In this document: positions 1-9,128 of the stretch, piece after piece
Layout: each line of letters begins with the position of its first letter
Numbering within the stretch: the first letter of the stretch is position 1
From: Fusobacteriota bacterium
GTDB lineage: Bacteria > Fusobacteriota > Fusobacteriia > Fusobacteriales > JBNJFI01
Direction: 5' to 3'
DNA length: 24,819 bases
Assembly: GCA_051746725.1 (NCBI GenBank)
Contig: JBNJFI010000022.1
Span: 2,237-27,055 of the forward strand
Notes under the pieces: model-generated
What the model was told of the DNA's origin: nothing
The model's database searches: none
Seen by the model: the letters and a program-made list of their open reading frames with translations, nothing else
Position numbers and translations under genes: made by a program

Positions 1-73
1 TTAAAGAAAAAAGTTTCAAAGCCTCTTCTTTAGTTATATCTTCATCTATATATTTATAAATTTCTTTATTCAT
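1..73 (-). CDS. 5' end of a gene truncated by the window edge; product undetermined
   Basis: ATG at 73-71 with GGAGG RBS at 82-78; frame open to the edge (MNKEIYKYIDEDITKEEALKLFSL...). Only 24 codons visible. Confidence 0.6.
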   Translation of the reverse strand, partial: MNKEIYKYIDEDITKEEALKLFSL

Positions 74-96
74 AAATCCTCCATTTAAAAATTATA

Positions 97-2010
97 TTAA
101 GTCTTTTCAATGACCATTAAAGTTAAGTCATCAGTTACTGGGGAACCATCTAAAAATACTATAAGATCTTCATATATACTATCTAATAAATTATTAGCAG
201 ATTCATCTTTCTTTTTATGTAATAAAAGTTTCAATCTATCTAACCCATAAAATTCATCTTCGTTATTTACAGCTTCTATGATCCCATCAGTATATAATAT
301 GATCTTTTCTCCTTTTTTTAAATTAAGTGTCTTTTCTGAAAATAATCTCTGTTCAGGAAATAGATCTGTTGAGCAGAGTCCCAAAACTTGCCCCTGTGTT
401 TCTAACATTTCAATGGAACCATCTTTTTTGAGTAAAATTCCTGCTTCTTGAGCTGCCTTACAATATTTTATTTCAGAAGTCTTTTCATCTATAACCATAT
501 AAAAACTACTTACAAATTTTCCATTTGGAAAATTCATTTCAACTTCATCGTTTAATATCTCCATTGCCTCTGAAGGAGATATTATCTCATCTGTATACAT
601 ATTAAAGTATACTTTAAACATAGTTGTAAGTAGTGCAGCTGGAATTCCATGTCCAGATATATCAGAAAATATTAGTCCATAATAATTATTTTTCATTTTT
701 ATAATGTCTAAAAAATCTCCGCCTATATTTCTAGAAGGTAGATATTTTGTGGCAAAATCAAAGCCCTTTATCTCAGGAGTTCCCTTTATCATAATCTTTT
801 TTTGTAATTCTGATGCTAATTCTAATTCATTATTTAACTCATCATTTAGTGCCAATAGCTTTTTATTTTTCTTTTTTAGTTCTCGTTCTCGTCTTTCTAT
901 TTTTTTAAATAATTCTTCATTTTGTTTTTTTAATTTATTTTCTCTTACAACTTTATTTATAACATGTAATAAATTTGCAGGTTTAAAAGGCTTATTTAGA
1001 AAATCTGAAGCCCCCATTCTAATTGCATTCATTGCCAAGTCCAAATCTTCAACTGTTGTCAACATAATAACTGGAATTTCTCTTTTTTTAGGTTCAAATT
1101 CCTCTATAAATTCTAAGCCATTCATTTTAGGCATTTCATAATCAACTATTATTAGATCTGGATCTATCTGTTCTAACTTTTCCAGAGCTAATACTGGATT
1201 TTCAAAACTCTCAGTTTCATAACCTTCATCTTTTAATACATTCCCAATTAATTGACGCATAAATCTTGCATCATCAATAATAACGATTTTCGTACTTTTG
1301 GTATTTTGTACTGGAATAGTTTCTTCAATATCAAAATATCCCTTCATTCTTCCACGGTTTAACTGTTGCTTAATTCCAGGAGAGTCTATAATTAATTTTA
1401 AGTTCTTATTTTCAGATTCCAAGTCATTTTTTATAAATAATAAAACTCCTAATCCTGCAACTTTTATATTTTCAACTTCCCTCAAATCAATAATCAACAT
1501 TTTATCTTCAAAATCTTTTTTGACATCAAGATATCTTTTTTTTAGTTCTGAAGATTTATATATATCTAAGTCGCCACCATTAACTGTTAATATTATTTTA
1601 GAGTCGGATTCTGATAGGTTTAAACTAGGATCTGGTCTTTCACTACTTAAATATTTATCAACGGTTCTTATTAAAGGATTAATCATATCATTTTTTAAAT
1701 ATACTATATCCATTGCACCAGCTTTTAAAATATTTAAAATCTTTTTTTGTTCAAATTTATCTTGAATAATAGTTATAATTGATTGTTCCATCTCAGTATT
1801 TTTTTTTATTTTTTTTATATTTTGAAGTATTCTACTGCCTTCCATTTCACCTAACAATAATAATTTAGGAGATAAATTATCTATTATATCATAATTTATT
1901 TTATTTTCAGTGGTTGCTATATAAACATTGTAACCTTTTTTCTGTAAAGTTATTACAATGTTATTTCTAAAACTACATTTTCTCATTATGACAACTATTT
2001 TTTCTTCCAT
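97..2010 (-). CDS. Multidomain PP2C (SpoIIE/RsbU-type) Ser/Thr phosphatase: pseudo-receiver, STAS, receiver, coiled coil, PP2C
   Basis: PP2C motifs GGDF, DISGHG, YTDG, DDLT; central REC with IIDD, IVDYEMPKMNG, MLT, FLNKP; STAS-like GDLDI...IIDLREVENI..GLGVLL; N-terminal receiver-like pattern (GYNVYIA, LKAGAMD). Confidence 0.85.
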   Translation of the reverse strand: MEEKIVVIMRKCSFRNNIVITLQKKGYNVYIATTENKINYDIIDNLSPKLLLLGEMEGSRILQNIKKIKKNTEMEQSIITIIQDKFEQKKILNILKAGAMDIVYLKNDMINPLIRTVDKYLSSERPDPSLNLSESDSKIILTVNGGDLDIYKSSELKKRYLDVKKDFEDKMLIIDLREVENIKVAGLGVLLFIKNDLESENKNLKLIIDSPGIKQQLNRGRMKGYFDIEETIPVQNTKSTKIVIIDDARFMRQLIGNVLKDEGYETESFENPVLALEKLEQIDPDLIIVDYEMPKMNGLEFIEEFEPKKREIPVIMLTTVEDLDLAMNAIRMGASDFLNKPFKPANLLHVINKVVRENKLKKQNEELFKKIERRERELKKKNKKLLALNDELNNELELASELQKKIMIKGTPEIKGFDFATKYLPSRNIGGDFLDIIKMKNNYYGLIFSDISGHGIPAALLTTMFKVYFNMYTDEIISPSEAMEILNDEVEMNFPNGKFVSSFYMVIDEKTSEIKYCKAAQEAGILLKKDGSIEMLETQGQVLGLCSTDLFPEQRLFSEKTLNLKKGEKIILYTDGIIEAVNNEDEFYGLDRLKLLLHKKKDESANNLLDSIYEDLIVFLDGSPVTDDLTLMVIEKT

Positions 2011-2033
2011 AATTCATCTCCTATTTACTTGTA

Positions 2034-2417
2034 TTAATCTATAATGTTAGCTAAAACACCATTAATAAATTTAGCACTTTTAACATCTCCGTACTTTTTA
2101 GCAATTTCAATGGCTTCATTTATGGCTATTTCATAAGTTACCTTATCTTCTAAAATTTCATAAGTTGCTATTCTAAGTAAGATCTTTTCTACATTCCCCA
2201 ATCTATTTACTTTCCAATTTTTCATCTTAGAATTTATTAGATCATCTACCTCATCTTTTCGATCTTCCATTCCTTTACAGTACTCGACTAAAAAGTTATC
2301 ATCATTTTTAGAAAACTCAAAATTCTTCCCTTCATATATAGATATAGGCTCTTCACTTTTCATTTCAGCTTCAAACAATACCTTAAAAAGTTCCTCTCTT
2401 GCATCTTTTCGTCCCAT
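2034..2417 (-). CDS. nusB: Transcription antitermination factor NusB
   Basis: N-terminal RKDARE, ILLRIATYEI, AINEAIEIAKKYG, KFINGVL; usual position after the asp23 cluster. Confidence 0.96.
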   Translation of the reverse strand: MGRKDAREELFKVLFEAEMKSEEPISIYEGKNFEFSKNDDNFLVEYCKGMEDRKDEVDDLINSKMKNWKVNRLGNVEKILLRIATYEILEDKVTYEIAINEAIEIAKKYGDVKSAKFINGVLANIID

Positions 2418-2418
2418 T

Positions 2419-2634
2419 TTATTTTTTTTCTCCTTTTAATAACTTATCTGCTAATCTTTTTTTTATAGTTTCTCTATCAAGCCCGCCTATATAATAACCT
2501 AAACAAACAAAAATAACTAATATTACTGCATAAAAAAAACCGTATTTGGCCCAAAAAAGAGCTGTCAAAAATCCTAAAATTGCTCCTATTACTTTTTTAT
2601 ACTTATCTAATATTATCTCCGTAATATCATTCAT
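2419..2634 (-). CDS. Small integral membrane protein, DUF2273-like
   Basis: 71 aa with two hydrophobic helices (IGAILGFLTALFW..YGFF..VILVIFVCLGYYIG); typical position between amaP and nusB. Confidence 0.8.
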   Translation of the reverse strand: MNDITEIILDKYKKVIGAILGFLTALFWAKYGFFYAVILVIFVCLGYYIGGLDRETIKKRLADKLLKGEKK

Positions 2635-3166
2635 CTTTATTCACCTCTGATTTTAATTGCATTTTATTTTTACCTGGATGAACTTTAGTTACTATAACAT
2701 CTAATGAATTAACTTCTATTCCCAAAACATCCTTAACATAGTCTTTTATTAACTTCTGAATCTCTTTAATTCTTTCATTTAGATCATCTATTGGATCTAT
2801 CTCTATTTTTATCATAGCATTAACAGCACTTTTTACTGGAACTACTTCAACTTTCACATCTTTAATAAAATCTTTTTCTTTTACCATTTTTTTTATTACA
2901 TGTTCAATAGATTTAACAGTCATTCCTATTTTACCTTGCTCATTTTCTAAAACAACTTGTTTTTCTTCTTGGCGTTCAAATAAATTATAGGCTTTTTTCA
3001 AAAATATTAATAAATAAAAAATAGATCCTGAGAATAATATTATTCTAAAGTACTGATAATTTAACACATCATTTATATATACAGGTGCTACTCCTAAAAA
3101 TATTCCTATAACAGAAAGACAAAAAATACCAATCCAACTTATAAAAAATATTAACTTCCAAATCAT
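2627..3166 (-). CDS. amaP: Alkaline shock response membrane anchor protein AmaP
   Basis: Two N-terminal TM helices then an Asp23-like domain; directly downstream of asp23. Start moved from the ORF-track TTG at 3181 to ATG at 3166, which has AGGAGGA at 3177-3171. Confidence 0.8.
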   Translation of the reverse strand: MIWKLIFFISWIGIFCLSVIGIFLGVAPVYINDVLNYQYFRIILFSGSIFYLLIFLKKAYNLFERQEEKQVVLENEQGKIGMTVKSIEHVIKKMVKEKDFIKDVKVEVVPVKSAVNAMIKIEIDPIDDLNERIKEIQKLIKDYVKDVLGIEVNSLDVIVTKVHPGKNKMQLKSEVNKDE

Positions 3167-3183
3167 CTTTTCCTCCTTCAAAC

Positions 3184-3213
3184 ATTAGAGGTGAGAATCC
3201 TCTCACCTCTAAT
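3184..3213 (-). terminator. Perfect 13-bp stem-loop between asp23 and amaP (leaky terminator or mRNA stabiliser)
   Basis: attagaggtgaga (3184-3196), 4-nt loop, tctcacctctaat (3201-3213); followed on the minus strand only by GUUU. Confidence 0.6.
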
Positions 3214-3235
3214 AATCGTTTATTATATTTATATT

Positions 3236-3634
3236 TTAGTTTCGGTTGTCATTTTCTCCTGCATCTTGTTTGTCTTCAACCTCTTCCTCTTCAACATCAT
3301 TTTCCATCTTTATCCCTTGAATAAAGACATTTACATCAATAACCTTTAAACCTGTCATAGTTGTAACTGCTTTAATTATGTTTTCCTGTACTTTAGCTGC
3401 TACTTGAGGTATTTTAGATCCGTATTCTACAATAAGATATACATCAACTGAAGTCTCTTTTTCCCCTACTTCGACTTTAACTCCCTTTGATAAGGCTTTC
3501 TTCCCTAATCTTTCTGCAAATCCTTCAACAATTCCCCCACTCATAGTATAAACACCTTCTACTTCTGTTGCGGCTATACTAGAAATTATTCCTACTACTT
3601 CATCTGCTATTTTCACACTTCCCATTTCTGCCAT
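3236..3634 (-). CDS. Asp23/Gls24 family envelope stress protein (YqhY-like)
   Basis: GSVKIADEVVGIISSIAATEVEGV, KGVKVEVGE, VEYG..IP.VA.KVQ, MTGL.V..VNV; AGGAGG RBS; follows accC as yqhY does. Confidence 0.92.
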   Translation of the reverse strand: MAEMGSVKIADEVVGIISSIAATEVEGVYTMSGGIVEGFAERLGKKALSKGVKVEVGEKETSVDVYLIVEYGSKIPQVAAKVQENIIKAVTTMTGLKVIDVNVFIQGIKMENDVEEEEVEDKQDAGENDNRN

Positions 3635-3663
3635 TTTAACCCCTCCTTTTTTGCTTCTATTTT

Positions 3664-3692
3664 AATATAACTTATTTTTTTTTAGTTGTCAA
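3664..3692 (-). promoter_or_regulatory. Sigma70-type promoter for the asp23-amaP-DUF2273-nusB unit
   Basis: Minus strand TTGACA (3692-3687), 17-nt spacer, TATATT (3669-3664). Confidence 0.75.
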
Positions 3693-3721
3693 ATATTTCT
3701 AACATTATAAGGGTAAAAACT

Positions 3722-5068
3722 TTATATATCCATTTCTTTTTCAATGAAATTCGTATATACATCTCCAGTTCTAAAAGCTTTATTATCTAAGACCTTCAAA
3801 TGGAAAGGAATTGTTGTTTCTATTCCTTCTACTATGTTTTCATTTAAAGCTCTTTTCATTCTTTCGATAGCTTCATCCCGTGTATTACCATGAACAATAA
3901 GTTTCGACACCATTGAATCATAATAAGGTGGTATAGTATATCCTGAATATACATGACTATCTATTCTAACACCTGGTCCACCAGATGGAATATAGTTTGT
4001 TATTTTTCCAGCAGATGGCATAAATCCTTGTGAAGGATCTTCTGCATTTATTCTACATTCTATAGCATGTCCATTTAATTTTATATCATCTTGAGTTACA
4101 GTTAATTTTTCACCAGCTGCAGCTAATATTTGTTCCTTTATTATATCAACACCTGTCACTACTTCACTAACTGTGTGCTCTACTTGTATTCTTGTATTCA
4201 TTTCCATAAAATAAAAATTATTATCTTTATCTAATAAAAATTCCAAGGTTCCAGCAGAATCATAATCAATTGCCTCTGCTAATCTTACAGCTGCGTTCCC
4301 CATTTTTTCTCTAACTTCCTCGGTTAATACTGAAGCAGGCGACTCTTCGATTAATTTTTGATGTCTTCTTTGAATCGAACAATCTCTTTCTCCTAAATGG
4401 ACAACATTTCCATGCTTATCACCTATTATTTGAACTTCTATATGTTTTGGCTCTTCAACATATTTTTCAATATATACATCTGGATTTCCAAAAGCAGCTT
4501 TGGCTTCATTTTGAGCTGCAACCATATTTTCTTCTAATTCATCATCATTTCTAGCTATTCTCATCCCTTTTCCTCCACCACCAGCAGTAGCTTTTATCAT
4601 AACAGGGTAAGTTATTTTTTCATTAACAATCTTTTTTGCCTTTTCAACATCTTTTATTACGCCATCACTTCCATGAGTAATAGGCACTTTACTTTTTATA
4701 GCTGTTTTTCTAGCCGTTGCCTTATCCCCCATACTTAAAATACAATCCGCAGATGGTCCTATAAATACAATATCATGACTTTTGCATATATTTGCAAATT
4801 CCGCATTCTCTGCTAAAAACCCATATCCAGGGTGTATTGCATCAGCACCTGTAATTTCAGCAGCAGCTATAACATTTGGTATTTTCAAATAACTTTCTGT
4901 ACTCATTGCTGAACCTACACATAAAGCTTCGTCAGCTAATCTTACATGCAAAGAATCTTTATCAGCTTCTGAATATATCGCAACCGTCTTTATTCCCATT
5001 TCTCTAGCTGCTCTTATTATTCTTACAGCGATTTCTCCTCTATTTGCTATTAAAATTTTTTCAAACAT
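3722..5068 (-). CDS. accC: Acetyl-CoA carboxylase biotin carboxylase subunit
   Basis: [67 protein letters not shown]; 448 aa. Confidence 0.96.
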   Translation of the reverse strand: MFEKILIANRGEIAVRIIRAAREMGIKTVAIYSEADKDSLHVRLADEALCVGSAMSTESYLKIPNVIAAAEITGADAIHPGYGFLAENAEFANICKSHDIVFIGPSADCILSMGDKATARKTAIKSKVPITHGSDGVIKDVEKAKKIVNEKITYPVMIKATAGGGGKGMRIARNDDELEENMVAAQNEAKAAFGNPDVYIEKYVEEPKHIEVQIIGDKHGNVVHLGERDCSIQRRHQKLIEESPASVLTEEVREKMGNAAVRLAEAIDYDSAGTLEFLLDKDNNFYFMEMNTRIQVEHTVSEVVTGVDIIKEQILAAAGEKLTVTQDDIKLNGHAIECRINAEDPSQGFMPSAGKITNYIPSGGPGVRIDSHVYSGYTIPPYYDSMVSKLIVHGNTRDEAIERMKRALNENIVEGIETTIPFHLKVLDNKAFRTGDVYTNFIEKEMDI

Positions 5069-5081
5069 TATTTATTTCCTC

Positions 5082-5498
5082 CTATTTTGTTTCGATTTTC
5101 ATTAAAGGTTTACCAAAATCAACAATTTCTCCGTCTTTAACTAATAACTCCTTTAACACTCCTGCTTTATCACTTTTCACTTCAGTTTTTACACCAACCG
5201 ATTTAATAACAGCTACTACTTCATCTTCTGCTATCTCTTTTCCCACTTTTAAATCATCTTTTAAAGAAATTTCACCTACATTTAATGAAACAAGTTCACT
5301 AATGTTTTCATCTTCCTCTTCAAGACTTTCTTGAGAATCTTCATTATTTTGAGATTCCATTATACTTTCATTCATCTGTTTTACTAAAGTCATATCTTTC
5401 TTTAATGATATTTCTGTACCTTCTGATTCTAAATTTATTTCTGTAACATCCGTACTATCTAGTATTGACATAAGCTTTTTTATCTCTGTAACGTCCAT
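5082..5498 (-). CDS. AccB/BCCP-like protein lacking the biotinylation motif
   Basis: AccB-type N-terminus (MDVTEIKKLM..LD.TDVTEI.LE), acidic linker, C-terminal biotinyl/lipoyl pattern (EVKSDKAGVLKELLVKDGEIVDFGKPLM.I); EAMKM position reads KSVGV; directly upstream of accC. Confidence 0.85.
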   Translation of the reverse strand: MDVTEIKKLMSILDSTDVTEINLESEGTEISLKKDMTLVKQMNESIMESQNNEDSQESLEEEDENISELVSLNVGEISLKDDLKVGKEIAEDEVVAVIKSVGVKTEVKSDKAGVLKELLVKDGEIVDFGKPLMKIETK

Positions 5499-5533
5499 AT
5501 TTTTCCCTCCTAATATATTATATAGTTTTTTCT

Positions 5534-5562
5534 ATTATACCATATTTTATTAGTCATTGCAA
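5534..5562 (-). promoter_or_regulatory. Sigma70-type extended -10 promoter for accB-like/accC
   Basis: Minus strand TTGCAA (5562-5557), 17-nt spacer ending TGG, TATAAT (5539-5534). Confidence 0.75.
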
Positions 5563-5665
5563 CTTTATGCCCTTTGCTTGTATAATTTTATTATTACAAA
5601 CATTATTACAGAATTTCTGAGTAATTATAATGAGTGTATTATAGATAAAAATTTATTATGACCTC

Positions 5666-8600
5666 TTATTTTATTATAATTTTTTCTTTCCCTATCAATT
5701 TTTCGACTTCTTTTATCAATGCCTCAGAGGGAGAAACCCAATATTCTTTATCCAATTTTATAATTTTTTTATCATTGTCATCACGCCAAGCTATAAAGGT
5801 TCTTCCTGTTCCAGAATGTTTTTTTAAAATTTCCTTTAGCTTTATTACTTTATTTTTGGTATCAGGCTCTATTAATATATATATTTTTAATCTTTTCATC
5901 TCATCTAGTTCATTCATGCTTTTAATATTATTGGCTAATATTTTTTGTTCTTTTACATTTTTAAAGGTATCTATTGTAACATTTCCTTCAACTACAACTA
6001 TATTATTTTCTACCAAATAATGACTGAATTTTAGATATTTATTGGGAAATACAATAACTTTTATTCTAGCATCATAATCCTCTAACATAAATATTCCCAT
6101 TACCTGCCCTTTTTTGGTAATCTTCTTCTCTAGATCCCTTATTACTCCTATTGTTCTTGCTTTATATGGATTTTCCTTTCTAACTTTTTTGATCCCATCA
6201 AACTGAAACCCATGAAACTTTTCTTTATATTCATCTAAAGGATGACCTGAAAAATATAATCCTATGTATTCTTTTTCCCCCTCTAATATTTTCATTTTAC
6301 TAAATTCATCAACATCAGGTATTTTTATTTCTTCTAAATTAAATGAGTTCCCCCCGCCAAATAATGAATATTGAAGATTATTTTCTCTATCAATCTTTTT
6401 TGATATTTTTTTCAATATACTCTCTATTATCATATGCTTAGATCTCTTTGTACCTCCTAAGGAATCTAATCCACCTGATAATATCAAAGCTTCTAATGTT
6501 TTTTTGTTTAATCCATATTGTTTAGTTCTATATACAAAGTCTTCATAATCTTTAAATTCTCCATTTTCTTTTCTTTCTGATATTATTTTTTCAACTATTC
6601 CAACTCCAACATGTTTTATTGCCGATAATCCAAATCTAATTCCATTTTCTTCAACTTTAAATTTTTCATAAGAATAATTAATATCCGGTTTTAATACTTT
6701 GTATCCCTTCTTTTTTGCTTCTCTTATATATACTGCTAATTTATCTAAATTTCCTTTTTCAGAAGTCATTATAGAAGCATAATATTCCAATGGATAATTT
6801 GTTTTCAAATACGCTGTCCAATATGAGATCAAAGCATAAGCAGCTGAATGAGATTTATTAAAACCATACCCAGAAAATTTTTCTATTAGATTAAAGATCT
6901 CCTCTGCTTTATCCTTTTTCACTCCTTTTTTAACAGCTCTTTCTAAAAATTTCGCTCTATTTTCTTCCATTATTTCTGGTATTTTTTTTCCCATGGCTCT
7001 CCGTAATAAATCCGCTTCTCCTAAAGAAAATCCTCCCATTATACTGGCTATTTTCATTACCTGTTCTTGGTATAAGATAACTCCATATGTTTCCTTTAAT
7101 ACCCCTTTTAACATTTCATGTGGATACTGTACCTCACGCTCTTTATGTTTATAAGCTATGTAATCATCTACCATACCACTGCCCAATGGACCAGGTCTAT
7201 AAAGTGCTAATACAGCTATAATATCTTCAAATTGAGTTGGTTTTAATTTTCTCAAAATCTTTTTTATTCCAGTAGATTCTAATTGGAATACCCCTAGGGT
7301 ATCACCATTTTGTAATGCCTCATAGGTACTTTTGTCGTCGAGTTTTAATTTATCTATATTTACATCTTTATTTTTTGTTGATTTAATATATTTTAATGTT
7401 CGATGTATTATAGTTAAATTTTTCAATCCCAAAAAGTCCATTTTAACTAATCCAATTGCTTCTAATTCTTTCATCTGATATTGTGTAGCCACAATTCCAG
7501 TTTTAGAATCTAAATATAACGGAGCTTCCTTTTCCAAAGGATCTCTAGAAATAATTACACCTGCAGCATGTATAGAAGAATGTCTCACTTGACCTTCCAA
7601 GCGCATTGCATAATTTAAAACTTTTTGTAAGGTCTTATCTTTTTTGTAAATTTCTTGTATCTTAGGGATCTCTTTTATAGCTTGATCTAAATCATTTCCA
7701 AATGGAATTAATTTAGCCAGTTTATCTATTTTTTTTAAAGACACTCCTAAAACTCTTCCAACATCTCTTATAGTTCCCCTTGCTTTCATGGTTCCAAAGG
7801 TTATTATTTGAGCTACTTTATCTTGACCATATTTATTTACAACATACTCTATAATATCTTGTCTTCTTTCTCTCCCAATATCTATATCTATATCTGGCAT
7901 ACTAACTCTTTCAGGATTTAAAAATCTTTCAAAAATAAGTCCATATTTTAATGGATCTATATTAGTTATACCCAACAAATAAGAAACTAAACTCCCTGCT
8001 GCTGAACCTCTTCCTGGCCCCACAGGAATATCATTTTCCTTGGCATATCTTATAAAATCCCAAACAACAACAAAATATTCAGCATATCCCATTTTATTTA
8101 TTATATCTAGTTCATAATCTACCCTTTTTTGAATTTCCTCTTTCTTCTTACCTTCTTCTAAATTATCTAGATCACCATATCTAGATAATATCCCTTTTTT
8201 TACAAGGGTCCTGAGATAAGTTTTTATTGATTTTTCATCTTCTGGAAAATCATACTTTGGAAATTTAAATTCTCCTAAATCCAATTCTAAGTTACACTTT
8301 TTTGATATTTCTACTGTATTCTTAATACCTTCTTCATACTCAGAAAAATCATCCATCATCTCTTCATAACTTTTAAAATATAATTGGTCAGTTTTTATCT
8401 TCATTCTTTTAGAATCATTTAATTTTGCACCTGTTTGAATACACATTACTATATCCTGGAGTAAATCATCTCCGCTGTAAACATAGTGAACATCATTAGT
8501 TGCTACTATCTTTATATCATTTTTTTTAGCTAATTTATACAGTTTTTTATTTAGATCTTCTTGTCCTTCAACTCCATTATTTTGTAATTCTATATAAAAA

Positions 8601-9100
8601 TCCTCTTTCCCAAATATCTCCACATAATCTTCTAGAGATTCTTGAGCAGATTCCATCTCTTCTTCAAGTATATAATATGGTATTTCTCCATTCATACAGG
8701 CAGAAAGTCCGATTAACCCTTCACTGTGTTGTTTTAATAAAGGTTTATCTATTCTAGGTTTATAATAAAATCCATCCAAAAAAGCCTGGGAAGATAATTT
8801 CATTAAGTTTCTATATCCCACCTCATTTTTAGCAAGTAAAACTAAGTGCAAATTTTTCCCTCTTCTCTCATTTGCAAATCCTTGGGCTATATATGCTTCC
8901 ATACCTATAATAGGTTTTATTCCTTTTTTGATAGCTTTTCTATAAAATTCCATTGATCCAAACATATTTCCATGATCCGTTACAGCAAAAGAAGACATCC
9001 CTAATTCCTTTGCCCTTTCTAAGTATTCATCTATTTTTCCCACTCCATCTAATAAGCTGTAATCTGTATGTAGATGTAAATGAGCAAATTTTTGTTCCAT
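5666..9100 (-). CDS. dnaE: DNA polymerase III alpha subunit
   Basis: PHP domain HLHLHTDYSLLDG; GPGRGSAAGS; FERFLNPERVSMPDIDID; KMDFLGL; YGFNKSH; C-terminal OB fold; 1144 aa. Confidence 0.98.
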   Translation of the reverse strand: MEQKFAHLHLHTDYSLLDGVGKIDEYLERAKELGMSSFAVTDHGNMFGSMEFYRKAIKKGIKPIIGMEAYIAQGFANERRGKNLHLVLLAKNEVGYRNLMKLSSQAFLDGFYYKPRIDKPLLKQHSEGLIGLSACMNGEIPYYILEEEMESAQESLEDYVEIFGKEDFYIELQNNGVEGQEDLNKKLYKLAKKNDIKIVATNDVHYVYSGDDLLQDIVMCIQTGAKLNDSKRMKIKTDQLYFKSYEEMMDDFSEYEEGIKNTVEISKKCNLELDLGEFKFPKYDFPEDEKSIKTYLRTLVKKGILSRYGDLDNLEEGKKKEEIQKRVDYELDIINKMGYAEYFVVVWDFIRYAKENDIPVGPGRGSAAGSLVSYLLGITNIDPLKYGLIFERFLNPERVSMPDIDIDIGRERRQDIIEYVVNKYGQDKVAQIITFGTMKARGTIRDVGRVLGVSLKKIDKLAKLIPFGNDLDQAIKEIPKIQEIYKKDKTLQKVLNYAMRLEGQVRHSSIHAAGVIISRDPLEKEAPLYLDSKTGIVATQYQMKELEAIGLVKMDFLGLKNLTIIHRTLKYIKSTKNKDVNIDKLKLDDKSTYEALQNGDTLGVFQLESTGIKKILRKLKPTQFEDIIAVLALYRPGPLGSGMVDDYIAYKHKEREVQYPHEMLKGVLKETYGVILYQEQVMKIASIMGGFSLGEADLLRRAMGKKIPEIMEENRAKFLERAVKKGVKKDKAEEIFNLIEKFSGYGFNKSHSAAYALISYWTAYLKTNYPLEYYASIMTSEKGNLDKLAVYIREAKKKGYKVLKPDINYSYEKFKVEENGIRFGLSAIKHVGVGIVEKIISERKENGEFKDYEDFVYRTKQYGLNKKTLEALILSGGLDSLGGTKRSKHMIIESILKKISKKIDRENNLQYSLFGGGNSFNLEEIKIPDVDEFSKMKILEGEKEYIGLYFSGHPLDEYKEKFHGFQFDGIKKVRKENPYKARTIGVIRDLEKKITKKGQVMGIFMLEDYDARIKVIVFPNKYLKFSHYLVENNIVVVEGNVTIDTFKNVKEQKILANNIKSMNELDEMKRLKIYILIEPDTKNKVIKLKEILKKHSGTGRTFIAWRDDNDKKIIKLDKEYWVSPSEALIKEVEKLIGKEKIIIK

Positions 9101-9128
9101 ACAATCTCTCCTTCCATCAAAATGGAGT

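Noticed and set aside
704..1765. Plus-strand ORFs 704-1141 and 1298-1765
   Set aside because: Antisense shadows of the PP2C gene; F/S/I-rich composition typical of the reverse frame and no motifs.
5601..5632. Imperfect AT-rich inverted repeat downstream of dnaE as a terminator
   Set aside because: Weak, mismatched stem that could arise by chance at this base composition.
5044..6020. Plus-strand ORFs 5044-5334 and 5658-6020
   Set aside because: Antisense to the accB-like gene and dnaE; no convincing RBS or domain signal.
5666..9100. Intein in dnaE
   Set aside because: Length is normal and the conserved motifs, including YGFNKSH, are uninterrupted.
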